In this document: in pieces, positions 8,397-16,587 of the stretch
How the letters are laid out: every line of letters begins with the position of its first letter
Position numbering within the stretch: the first letter of the stretch is position 1
NCBI GenBank assembly: GCA_029564595.1
Contig: JAKQPS010000037.1
Span: 72,731-136,730, forward strand
Direction: 5' to 3'
Source of the DNA: a bacterium
GTDB taxonomy: Bacteria; UBP15; UBA6099
DNA: 64,000 nucleotides
Notes under the pieces: generated by a model
Seen by the model: only the letters and a program-made list of their open reading frames with translations
Told to the model about the DNA's origin: nothing
The model's database searches: none
Made by a program: the position numbers and the translations under genes

Positions 8397-9014
8397 TTAA
8401 ATGTCTATGCCGAATGTTTTTTCGAGGGCGGATACAAGAGCTGACACCGGAAGCCCGACGACGTTTGAGTAAAGTCCGTCGACTTTTTCCACGAACAGGG
8501 CGGCGCGCTCCTGAATTCCATACGCCCCGGCCTTGTCGAAAGGCTCTCCCGTCTCCACGTACGCGGCTATCATCGCGTCGTCGAGGTCGCGGAACGCCAC
8601 CAGCGTGGTGTCTACGAAGAAAGCGCCCCGGCTCGGATCGTCGGACGCGGAGAATGCGACGCCGGTGTGCACCTTGTGCGCGCATCCGGAAAGCGAGCGG
8701 AGCATGCGCCGGGCGTCGGCGGCGTCGGCGGGTTTGCCGAGCGTCAGCCCAGCGGCGTCCACCACCGTGTCTGCGCAGACGACGGCGAATCCGGGTCGGC
8801 CCGCCGCCGTTTCGAGCGCGCGACCCAGTTTCAAGCGGGCGGATTCGAGCGCAAACACCGCCGGGTCGGCTCCTTCCGGCGCCCCCGTCTCAATATCCGA
8901 GTAGTCCGCTCTGAGAACTTCGAAATCCACGCCCGCCCGCGTCAGAAGCTCCGCGCGTCTGGGCGACGCCGACGCGAGCAGTATTTTTCTGCCGCCGAAA
9001 GTTTTGATCCACAT
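8397..9014 (-). CDS. maf: Maf-like nucleoside triphosphate pyrophosphatase / septum formation protein
   Basis: ILLASASPRRAELL motif. 205 aa, typical Maf length. Confidence 0.85.
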   Translation of the reverse strand: MWIKTFGGRKILLASASPRRAELLTRAGVDFEVLRADYSDIETGAPEGADPAVFALESARLKLGRALETAAGRPGFAVVCADTVVDAAGLTLGKPADAADARRMLRSLSGCAHKVHTGVAFSASDDPSRGAFFVDTTLVAFRDLDDAMIAAYVETGEPFDKAGAYGIQERAALFVEKVDGLYSNVVGLPVSALVSALEKTFGIDI

Positions 9015-9162
9015 GCCGCCTCCCGAGCCGACGCGCCTTCGCGCGCTCAGCCTTATATGATAGCCTCCCCGCGCCCTCGTTTTCTAGAGATTGCCGCCCG
9101 ATTTTGTTTCAGCCCGGATTGTTGTATATTTATCTCATAGTCACGCCGGAGGGAGCGATGTT

Positions 9163-9990
9163 ATGTCAAGCGCAAAGATGGACGCCAGAATAATCGAGGC
9201 ATTCGCGGGCGACCGCACGCCGAAGTTCCTCGCCACCATATCCCCAGACGGAGTCCCGAACATCGCTCCGGTCATATCGCTCGAAGCTTGGGACGAATCG
9301 ACTCTGATTTTCGGCGAACTGATGATATGGAAGACCAAGGCAAACCTTCTTTCGAATCCCAAGGTTGGGGCCTCCGTCCTGACGGACGACATGAACTGTT
9401 GGACGGTAAGAGGCGTGTTTCAGGGGTTCGAGCGGACCGGAGAGCGGTTCGAAAAGATAAGCATGAACGACATGTTCAGGTACAACGCGTACACCGGAGT
9501 GCGGAATGTGGGCGTGATAAAAGTCGAGTCCGTTCGCCGGGTGAAAGGGATGGTGTCGCCCGCGCGGCTGTTGGAGATGGGGTACGGGTCGCTGAGGGCG
9601 CGAGGAGTGAAATTCGATCGCACAGGCCCTATGCCGCCGCAGGTCACCGAAAAATTTTCCCGCGTGAAAGCCGCAAAACACATCTGTTACGCGGACTCCG
9701 ACGGATACCCTCTTTCGCTGCCTTCGATAACGATGTTTCCGACCGGGCACGGAGCGCTAGAGTTCGGCGCGGCCGAGATGAAGGATTTCGCCGGGGCATC
9801 GCCCGCGCTGCCGTTGCGCGCCGCCGCCGCCATCATCACTTCAGACCCTGTCGCCTATCAGATAAAAGGAACCGTCTCCGCATCAAAAAGCGCAGCCGGG
9901 CTTCGCCTCGCCCGACTCGACGTTGAAGATGTTTATTCATCGTCTCCGCCTGTTCCCGGAAAAAGGATTAATATTCGCGTCGCTGACTAA
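9163..9990 (+). CDS. Pyridoxamine 5'-phosphate oxidase-like FMN-binding split-barrel family protein (tandem domains)
   Basis: Start at ATG 9163 with GGAGGGAG 8 nt upstream; the track ORF begins at 9091. PNPOx-like fold signatures; exact function unknown. Confidence 0.5.
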   Translation: MSSAKMDARIIEAFAGDRTPKFLATISPDGVPNIAPVISLEAWDESTLIFGELMIWKTKANLLSNPKVGASVLTDDMNCWTVRGVFQGFERTGERFEKISMNDMFRYNAYTGVRNVGVIKVESVRRVKGMVSPARLLEMGYGSLRARGVKFDRTGPMPPQVTEKFSRVKAAKHICYADSDGYPLSLPSITMFPTGHGALEFGAAEMKDFAGASPALPLRAAAAIITSDPVAYQIKGTVSASKSAAGLRLARLDVEDVYSSSPPVPGKRINIRVAD

Positions 9991-10181
9991 GCGAGTCCCC
10001 CATAGCCAAGAAAGATCGCGTCAAACAATGTGTTCAACCGCTGTGTGAAGTCATTCGGGTTCAACCCGGATTCGTCGATAGAGCCAACGAACCGGGGCGA
10101 TTTATATTGCGGCGCAATGCGACGCCGCGCGCGGGGCAATAGCCACCGGCGGATGAAAATGCGCGAGTTGTTCTGAAGAGG

Positions 10182-10601
10182 TCAGACCTGTCGCTGGTCT
10201 TCTTCGAACTGCATGGTTGAAATCTGGCGCTGCCGCAGAACGGATTTAAGGCAGTCCTTGACTTCGTCGAGGTCGCATGGTTTTCCGATATAGCGCTGGG
10301 CTCCCGCCACGTAGCTCGAAAGCTTGTCGGTCAGGCCGGACTTGCAGGACAGCATCACCACCACGCTTTTCCGCGTGCGGATGTCCTTTTTGATGTCGCG
10401 GCAGATGTCGAAACCGTTGCGGTTGGGCATCATGATGTCAAGAAGCACGATGTCCGGGTTTTCAGCCAAGGTTTTGTCGAAGACCTCTCCCCCGTCCGAT
10501 GCCTCCACCACATGGAACCCCTGTTCGCTTAGAAAATCCTTCAGCAGAATTCTAAAATCGTCGTCATCGTCGGCAATAAGAATCTTGTTTGCGGGTTGCA
10601 T
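10182..10601 (-). CDS. Single-domain response regulator (CheY-like receiver)
   Basis: ILIADDDDDFRILLKDFL...IVLLDIMMP...GKP receiver motifs (DD pocket, phospho-Asp, T/K). Confidence 0.8.
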   Translation of the reverse strand: MQPANKILIADDDDDFRILLKDFLSEQGFHVVEASDGGEVFDKTLAENPDIVLLDIMMPNRNGFDICRDIKKDIRTRKSVVVMLSCKSGLTDKLSSYVAGAQRYIGKPCDLDEVKDCLKSVLRQRQISTMQFEEDQRQV

Positions 10602-10625
10602 AATTACCTCCCCGTGCCGGACGCG

Positions 10626-10943
10626 CTAGAACCGGATGGCCGCAGGCGAGGGCGGAGCCTCGGGGTCCTGCTCCGGTATCGGCACGACCAGAAATTCGGA
10701 CTTCTTTCTGTCGTCCAGAGGAACCATCACGAAATCCATGGACAGGCCCATAGAAGAGGCGAACTCGCTGGGCGCGTTCCTGACGTACAGCACGCCGCCC
10801 ACGTCGTCCCGCGCGTTGTCGACCACTGATATGTCAAGGTCGGGAAACGACGCCCGGATGACGCGCTTGATTGGTTCGAGCCTGAAGTCCATCTTCATTC
10901 CGTCTTCGGTTCCTTTAGGCGTATCGCTGGTTTTGTTTCTCAT
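10626..10943 (-). CDS. Hypothetical protein between two response regulators
   Basis: ORF with start MRNKTSD (ATG 10941-10943). No recognisable motif. Same strand as both neighbours, 24-31 nt gaps (operon-like). Confidence 0.45.
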   Translation of the reverse strand: MRNKTSDTPKGTEDGMKMDFRLEPIKRVIRASFPDLDISVVDNARDDVGGVLYVRNAPSEFASSMGLSMDFVMVPLDDRKKSEFLVVPIPEQDPEAPPSPAAIRF

Positions 10944-10974
10944 GGCGCCACCCGCTCCGGCCGTCCGGCCGCGC

Positions 10975-11559
10975 TCATCCTTCCGCAAGTTCTTTTGCCA
11001 CGTCCGCCAAAGGCCTGTTCGATTCTCTGCATCTCTTTCTTATTTCCTCCATCGCCCTTTCCCGCGTGATTCCCTTTGTGTCCATCAGCCTGCCCGCCGC
11101 GCTGTTGATCGCGCTTTCGTTCTCCACCGACTCCCGCATGCTCTCCATCATCGCTTTCAGCGCGGACATCTCCCTGAAGTGGTTCAGCGTCATCACTATC
11201 GACGGAACCATCTTCTCAATGCTGGAGGTCTTGACGAGGTAGGTAAACACCCCGGTGTCCCGCGCTCCGGGCGCGTACTCCGGATGCGCCGACAGAAACA
11301 TCACCGGACGAGGCTCTGTCCTGTTGATGATTCTGGCGACTTCTATCCCGTCCATCCCCTCCATCCTGATGTCCAGCATCACAAGTCCGGGGTCGCGCTC
11401 CTTTATCATGTCAAGCGCGTCCGGCCCGTTGTGCGCCACTCCGACAACCTTCATCCCGATGTGTTCGAGCTGATTGCGCATCATCTCGGTGAAATCCACA
11501 TCGTCGTCCACAACGAGCACAGTAGTGCCCTGAATCTCGCTTATCACTTGTTTGTTCAT
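10975..11559 (-). CDS. Response regulator with C-terminal ANTAR RNA-binding antitermination domain
   Basis: Receiver domain (VLVVDDDVDF...LVMLDIRM) plus ANTAR-like C-terminus (ITRERAMEEIRKRCRESNRPLADVAKEL). Confidence 0.75.
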   Translation of the reverse strand: MNKQVISEIQGTTVLVVDDDVDFTEMMRNQLEHIGMKVVGVAHNGPDALDMIKERDPGLVMLDIRMEGMDGIEVARIINRTEPRPVMFLSAHPEYAPGARDTGVFTYLVKTSSIEKMVPSIVMTLNHFREMSALKAMMESMRESVENESAINSAAGRLMDTKGITRERAMEEIRKRCRESNRPLADVAKELAEG

Positions 11560-11788
11560 TGCTTTCCGGCCTTAGAGGCAACAAAAAAAGAGCAGTTTCT
11601 CCCTCTCCGTATGTCAGCCCCTGTGGTTAAGTCTTTATTTGTCAATGAAACGGCAGAAAACTCGCCGATTCTAAATAGATTCTATGCTTCCGAAAAAACC
11701 CGCGCAAGGAAATATTTAAATGTTGTTAAGTGGTTTTTAACTTTGTGAAATTTTTAACAAGCCCTCTGGAGCGGCCCGCCGCGACCCG

Positions 11789-13267
11789 TCACGGAACCCG
11801 CTTGCGCGACAGGAAAAACCAAATATTGTACATAAAGAAAGGGTCTTTTATCTTTATCGCGTTGACGAACAGCAGAATGTTATGCGCGGCGAACGATGCC
11901 GGGACTAGCCGCCGCAGCGGGCTGTCGAGAAACCGCGCCGCCATCCGCTTGGGCAGTATGGAGGCGAGAGCCATGACGGCGGGCATCCTCTTCATTGCCG
12001 GTGTCAAGCCGCCCGCGCCGCCCCCGCTGTATCTGTGTCCCGCGCCGCCGGATTCTATCCTTTCTCTGTCCTTTTCCGTTATCGCGCCCGTTTCGAGCGC
12101 CGTCTTCATGATTCGCGTGCCCGGATAGTATGTCAGCCAGAACGTGAGAAGCCTGTCCGGTCTCATTTCATTATAGAACCGGGCGGCGTCCATCAGCTTT
12201 TCCTCCGTGTCTCCGGGGATGCCCGCTATGTGGTCTACCGACACCGTTATGCCTCGCTCCTTGAGCAGGGCCACCGCGCGCCTCGCTTGGTCGTTGGTGT
12301 ATTTTCTGTTGAGGATTTCTCTTCTCTGCGCTTCGTCCGCGGACTGCACGCCGATGGTGACGAACGAGCAACCGCCTTCTTTTATCAGGTCGGCGGTCCC
12401 AGCGTCGAGCGCGGCGGGATGCGTGTAGCAGAAGTACGGCAGCGCGACGTCCCGACGGTATCCCTCGGTGAACCGTTCCAGCCACTTGCGGTTGAGCGTA
12501 AACACGTCGTCCCTGAAGACGACCATGCGGAGTCGCCAGCGCGCTTTCGCCTCGCGCAACTCTTGCAGGGTGTTTTCCGGAGACCTTCGGCGCACGGGGT
12601 TGGAGCCGGGCGCGCAGTGCGCCTCTAGGCTTTTGTAACAGTACGAACAGTTGTACGGGCATCCCCTCGCGGACATTATCATGTAGTGGCTCTGGAGCGA
12701 GGGAACGCGCTCGTAGAACAAGTCCTTCGCGGGGAATGGCAGGGAATCCAAATCGGAGACAAGGCGCGGCGGGCCGCCGGTCGCAATCCCGCCGCCCGGA
12801 AGTTTTTCCCACACGCCCGGCGGAGGGTCGCCGACGGCTCGCGGGCCTTCCCCGGCCCGCTCCAACATCATCGCAAACGTAGAGTCCGCCTCGCCGACCG
12901 CTATCGCGTCCGCCACAGGCTCGGAGGCAGCCCTCTCCGGAACAGCCGTCGGGTGCGGCCCGCCCAGAAATATCTTCGTCGAAGGCGAGGCCGCCTTCAC
13001 GTCGCCCGCCGCCGCCAGCGCCCAAGCGTAGTTTCCGGACAGACATGAAAAGGCCGCGACATCAGGCTTTTCCGACGCCGCGCGCGCGGCGATTCTTGCT
13101 CTCAAGTCCAACCGCCGGGCCAGCGCCGGGATATCCCACATGAGCTGCCCGCCGAACACCGCCGGGTCGAACGCCAGAGAAACCTCGTGGCCGGCGGCCC
13201 TCGCCTCTGCCGCCAGATATTCAACGCCGAGGTTCTCGGCTCCCATGCACACGAACATCGCTTTCAT
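11789..13267 (-). CDS. B12-binding domain radical SAM enzyme (class B rSAM)
   Basis: N-terminal cobalamin-binding Rossmann region, then CPYNCSYC (CxxxCxxC) radical SAM cluster motif. Start set at MKAMFVC; the track ORF begins 30 nt upstream. Confidence 0.75.
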   Translation of the reverse strand: MKAMFVCMGAENLGVEYLAAEARAAGHEVSLAFDPAVFGGQLMWDIPALARRLDLRARIAARAASEKPDVAAFSCLSGNYAWALAAAGDVKAASPSTKIFLGGPHPTAVPERAASEPVADAIAVGEADSTFAMMLERAGEGPRAVGDPPPGVWEKLPGGGIATGGPPRLVSDLDSLPFPAKDLFYERVPSLQSHYMIMSARGCPYNCSYCYKSLEAHCAPGSNPVRRRSPENTLQELREAKARWRLRMVVFRDDVFTLNRKWLERFTEGYRRDVALPYFCYTHPAALDAGTADLIKEGGCSFVTIGVQSADEAQRREILNRKYTNDQARRAVALLKERGITVSVDHIAGIPGDTEEKLMDAARFYNEMRPDRLLTFWLTYYPGTRIMKTALETGAITEKDRERIESGGAGHRYSGGGAGGLTPAMKRMPAVMALASILPKRMAARFLDSPLRRLVPASFAAHNILLFVNAIKIKDPFFMYNIWFFLSRKRVP

Positions 13268-13384
13268 GCCGCCTATTATAACAGCAGCGGACGGCAACTT
13301 CGCACTGTGAACAAATGTTTGAGGAAAGGTTGTTTATTGCGACCGCGATTGGTGTAAAATTTTCGGCGAAAGCCGATAAGAGGA

Positions 13385-14197
13385 ATGATGAAAAAAGAAC
13401 CCGCATATGAAAGAATGCATGAAAACGTATATCGAGTCGCTGATTCGGAGCTGACGCATCATTACGACAGTTCGGCGTATCTGGTGATGGGCGACGCTCC
13501 TGCGCTTGTCGACTGCGGCAGCGGCAAGGCGCACAATAAGCTGCTCGGCGTCCTCGCCTCGCTCGGCGCAAGACCGGATAACATCGCCGTCGTGCTCGGC
13601 ACGCACTGCCACTACGACCATATCGCCGGAATCGAACGACTCCGCAAGGAGAATCCCGCTCTGCCGCTCGCGCTGCATGAGGCTGATGCGGCTCCTGTTG
13701 AAACAGCCGACAGCGAACGCACCTGCGCGGGCTGGTTTTTCGGCGAGAGGATTTCTCCGCAGCGCGTCGATATCCTGATGTCCTCGCGGCAAAGTCTCGA
13801 CATAGCCGGCTTGACCTTCGAATGCATTCATACCCCCGGCCATACTCCCGGCTCAGTCTGTGTCCGGGTCGAGGTCTCGGGCAAAACCATCCTTTTCACT
13901 GGCGACTGCCTTGTGCCCGGCAGTTCTCGCATAATGAGCGACTACGACGATTGGCGCGGCTCTCTAGAAACGCTCGCGGACATCGACTTCGACATTTTGT
14001 TGCCCGGCCATAAGCGCCTGTGGATGGGAGACCCTTTCCTCGCATGTCTTATGCAGCCGTTTTCGAAACCCTTGGGCCGGAAAGCGTTCAAGCTGCTGCA
14101 AAAAAACCTGCGCCGCGGACACTGGCGCAACGCGTCTGCCGTTTACAGCCACATCATGCCCTTGGCCGCTAGACTCGGAGGCGCTCTCAGCCGATGA
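13385..14197 (+). CDS. MBL-fold metallo-hydrolase
   Basis: GTHCHYDHIAGI (HxHxDH) zinc-binding motif and downstream His/Asp ligands. Confidence 0.75.
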   Translation: MMKKEPAYERMHENVYRVADSELTHHYDSSAYLVMGDAPALVDCGSGKAHNKLLGVLASLGARPDNIAVVLGTHCHYDHIAGIERLRKENPALPLALHEADAAPVETADSERTCAGWFFGERISPQRVDILMSSRQSLDIAGLTFECIHTPGHTPGSVCVRVEVSGKTILFTGDCLVPGSSRIMSDYDDWRGSLETLADIDFDILLPGHKRLWMGDPFLACLMQPFSKPLGRKAFKLLQKNLRRGHWRNASAVYSHIMPLAARLGGALSR

Positions 14198-14210
14198 AAG
14201 CGCCTCCGGC

Positions 14211-14474
14211 GGCCAAAGAGAAACTTTTGAAAAAGTTTCTCTTTGGATTCTCTTCAAAACGTTTCACTGGCCGTCGGGAAAAGACGCTCAAAACGCGTCT
14301 TTTCCCGACGGCCCATGCAAATCATTTATGAATAAGATTCCACTAAAAATCCTTTCCCGATATCTTTTCACATGATACGCGCCGATGGGAAGAGCGAAGC
14401 CATTCCATCGGCGCTAGCATGAAATGTTTTGAAAGGGATTTTAAGGGAAAACTTTTTCAAAAGTTTTCCCTTAA
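14211..14474 (-). repeat. Copy B (inverted orientation) of family-1 multi-hairpin MITE-like element
   Basis: Begins GGCCAAAGAGAAACTTTTGAAAAAGTTTCTCTTTGG and ends ...GGGAAAACTTTTTCAAAAGTTTTCCCTTAA. This is the reverse complement of the copy A/C architecture. Confidence 0.8.
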
Positions 14475-14482
14475 GCATTGCG

Positions 14483-15301
14483 TTATTCTGCGGCTGAGAA
14501 CACCAGAAATTCTTCCTGAAACGAGAGCGCGCCTTTGCTGTTCATCGATTTTATAAGATATGAATTTCTTCCGGGTTTTCTGTTTTTGACGTTTTTTGTG
14601 AAACCGCATTCCTTCTTGTCTTCGCACCTCTCCACATCGTAGAAAGAACCGTTTTCAAGTATCTGGATGAAGTTCACGCCCGAGTCGTCGCGCGCGAATA
14701 TTGAAATGGTGTAGTCGTTGGAGCCGTTCTTTTTGATGGTCGCTGACATGTCCGGACCTTTGACGGCGGAGGAAAGCTCCCCGGAAATAGCCGGGGGCTG
14801 TTTTTCGTCGGATTTTGCGGCTTCAGGGGCGTTACCGCTCTCATGCTCTCCATCGGCCATGATAGCGGGCGCAAAGCCTTCCATCATCGGCATTGAGGTT
14901 ATCATGTAAACTTTGGGGTCGCTGTTTTCGACGTTGAGGCGGACGCGCTCGCGCTGCTCGCGCCCGGATTTATCGCTTGCAACGGCGGTGATGACGCCGC
15001 TCGACAGAGAGGCCAAGCTCGCGATGCCTGTCATCCTGCACATCTCAGAGCCGTAACATTCCTTTGCGGCGACGATGGAACTGCCGGAGAGAAGTTCGAG
15101 CCTGCGCATGCCCTGAGAGGCTGACGCGGCAAGCGAAAACCGCATTCCTCCGCCGTCGCACAGTATGACAAGGTTCTTAATAATCGATGAATCATCTATG
15201 AAAACAGACGCTCCCGGCGCTTCGGCGGTCTCCGCCGACGCGAGGGACGCCGCCGAAAAAAAAGCAACCGCCAACGCAATCAATAGTCTCTTAATTTTCA
15301 T
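14483..15301 (-). CDS. Secreted hypothetical protein (signal peptide)
   Basis: MKIKRLLIALAVAFFSAASLASA signal peptide. No recognisable catalytic motif. Confidence 0.55.
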   Translation of the reverse strand: MKIKRLLIALAVAFFSAASLASAETAEAPGASVFIDDSSIIKNLVILCDGGGMRFSLAASASQGMRRLELLSGSSIVAAKECYGSEMCRMTGIASLASLSSGVITAVASDKSGREQRERVRLNVENSDPKVYMITSMPMMEGFAPAIMADGEHESGNAPEAAKSDEKQPPAISGELSSAVKGPDMSATIKKNGSNDYTISIFARDDSGVNFIQILENGSFYDVERCEDKKECGFTKNVKNRKPGRNSYLIKSMNSKGALSFQEEFLVFSAAE

Positions 15302-15542
15302 GAGAAAAAATAATATACGTACTTTCCATAAAAGTCAAAACGCTCAGCCCGCTTTTTTCGCTTTCCCCATCTTCGCTTTCAGCCAATGCAGATGAAAAAG
15401 GCGCATAGATGGGTTTTTCATGCGAAAAAGGCGGGCTGGCGAACCGTCGAAGCCGGGCGCGGCGGCATCTTCTTTACTTTTCATTTTCGCTCTTATATGA
15501 TTGCTATGGCAGTGAATTCCGCGCGAAAGGCGGGTTCTTTAC

Positions 15543-16469
15543 ATGACTTCCTCGCAAGAAAGAAAACATGTCGTGAGCGTAAGCATCGGCTCCTCTAAAA
15601 GAGACCACAGCGTCGAGACGGACGTGATGGGAGTTCCTTTCTTGATCGAGCGCGTCGGCACGGACGGCGACATGGAAAAAGCCAAACAGATGATCCGCGA
15701 CTATGACGGCAAAGTGGACGCCATCGGGCTGGGCGGCATCGACCTATACCTGATTATCGGCAAGAAACGATACACTCTGAAAGACGGCAAGAAACTGGCC
15801 GACTGCGCCAAAATCTCTCCGACTTACGACGGCAGCATGTTGAAACACACCATCGAGCGCGGTTTTATCATGCAGTTGGCGAAGGAAGGAAAATATCTCC
15901 GCAAAGGCTCAAAGGTTCTCGTCATCAGCTCGGCGGACAGGTTCGGCATGGCCGAGGCTCTCTTCAATTCCGGATGCGACGTCGTTCTAGGCGACCTGAT
16001 GTTCACGCTGAATCTGCCCATTCCGCTGAGGACGCTGCCGGCGCTCAAGATAGTCGCCTCCATACTTGTTCCCATAGTGTCGAACGTCCCGTTTGAGATG
16101 CTGTATCCGACGGGGAAAAAACAGGAAAAGAGGACGCCCAAGTTCGAGGACTACTTCCAGCGCGCCGAAGTCATAGCCGGGGATTTCAACTACATAAACA
16201 GATACATGCCCGACGACATGGCGGGCAAGACGATAATCACCAACACGGTTACGGCCTCGGACGTCGAGGAGATGAAGAAGATGGGGGTCGCCACGCTGAT
16301 AACCACCACGCCGGACTTCGGCGGACGCTCCTTCGGCACAAACGTCATGGAAGGCGTTTACTCGACCATACTCGGCAGAAACAGAAAGACCCCGCTGACC
16401 ATTCAGGACCTCGACGAGATGTTGAAGAAGAGCGACCTGAAACCCCGGATACTGCCGCTGAACGAATGA
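15543..16469 (+). CDS. Conserved hypothetical protein (from memory resembles a family often database-labelled quinate 5-dehydrogenase-like; uncertain)
   Basis: 308 aa. Motifs VSIGSSKRDH and IGLGGIDL. Co-directional with the downstream 925-aa gene. Confidence 0.45.
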   Translation: MTSSQERKHVVSVSIGSSKRDHSVETDVMGVPFLIERVGTDGDMEKAKQMIRDYDGKVDAIGLGGIDLYLIIGKKRYTLKDGKKLADCAKISPTYDGSMLKHTIERGFIMQLAKEGKYLRKGSKVLVISSADRFGMAEALFNSGCDVVLGDLMFTLNLPIPLRTLPALKIVASILVPIVSNVPFEMLYPTGKKQEKRTPKFEDYFQRAEVIAGDFNYINRYMPDDMAGKTIITNTVTASDVEEMKKMGVATLITTTPDFGGRSFGTNVMEGVYSTILGRNRKTPLTIQDLDEMLKKSDLKPRILPLNE

Positions 16470-16587
16470 GGAGCGCCGCGGCTCGAACACCGAACACAAA
16501 TCCATCTGGCGCGCCCGCGCGCCTCTCCCCGCTTCCTGCGCGACTCCTTATGTGATAAAATTTTTCCAGCGTCGAAAGGAGATTTAC

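Noticed and set aside
7394-8914. 506-aa + strand ORF
   Set aside because: Lies antisense to pheA and maf and spans their intergenic spacer. Arg/Pro/Ala-rich low-complexity translation typical of the wrong frame in high-GC DNA. The same holds for 986-1657(-), 12171-13046(-), 24224-25084(-), 35449-36312(+), 58223-58669(+), 60858-61487(+) and similar antisense ORFs in the track.
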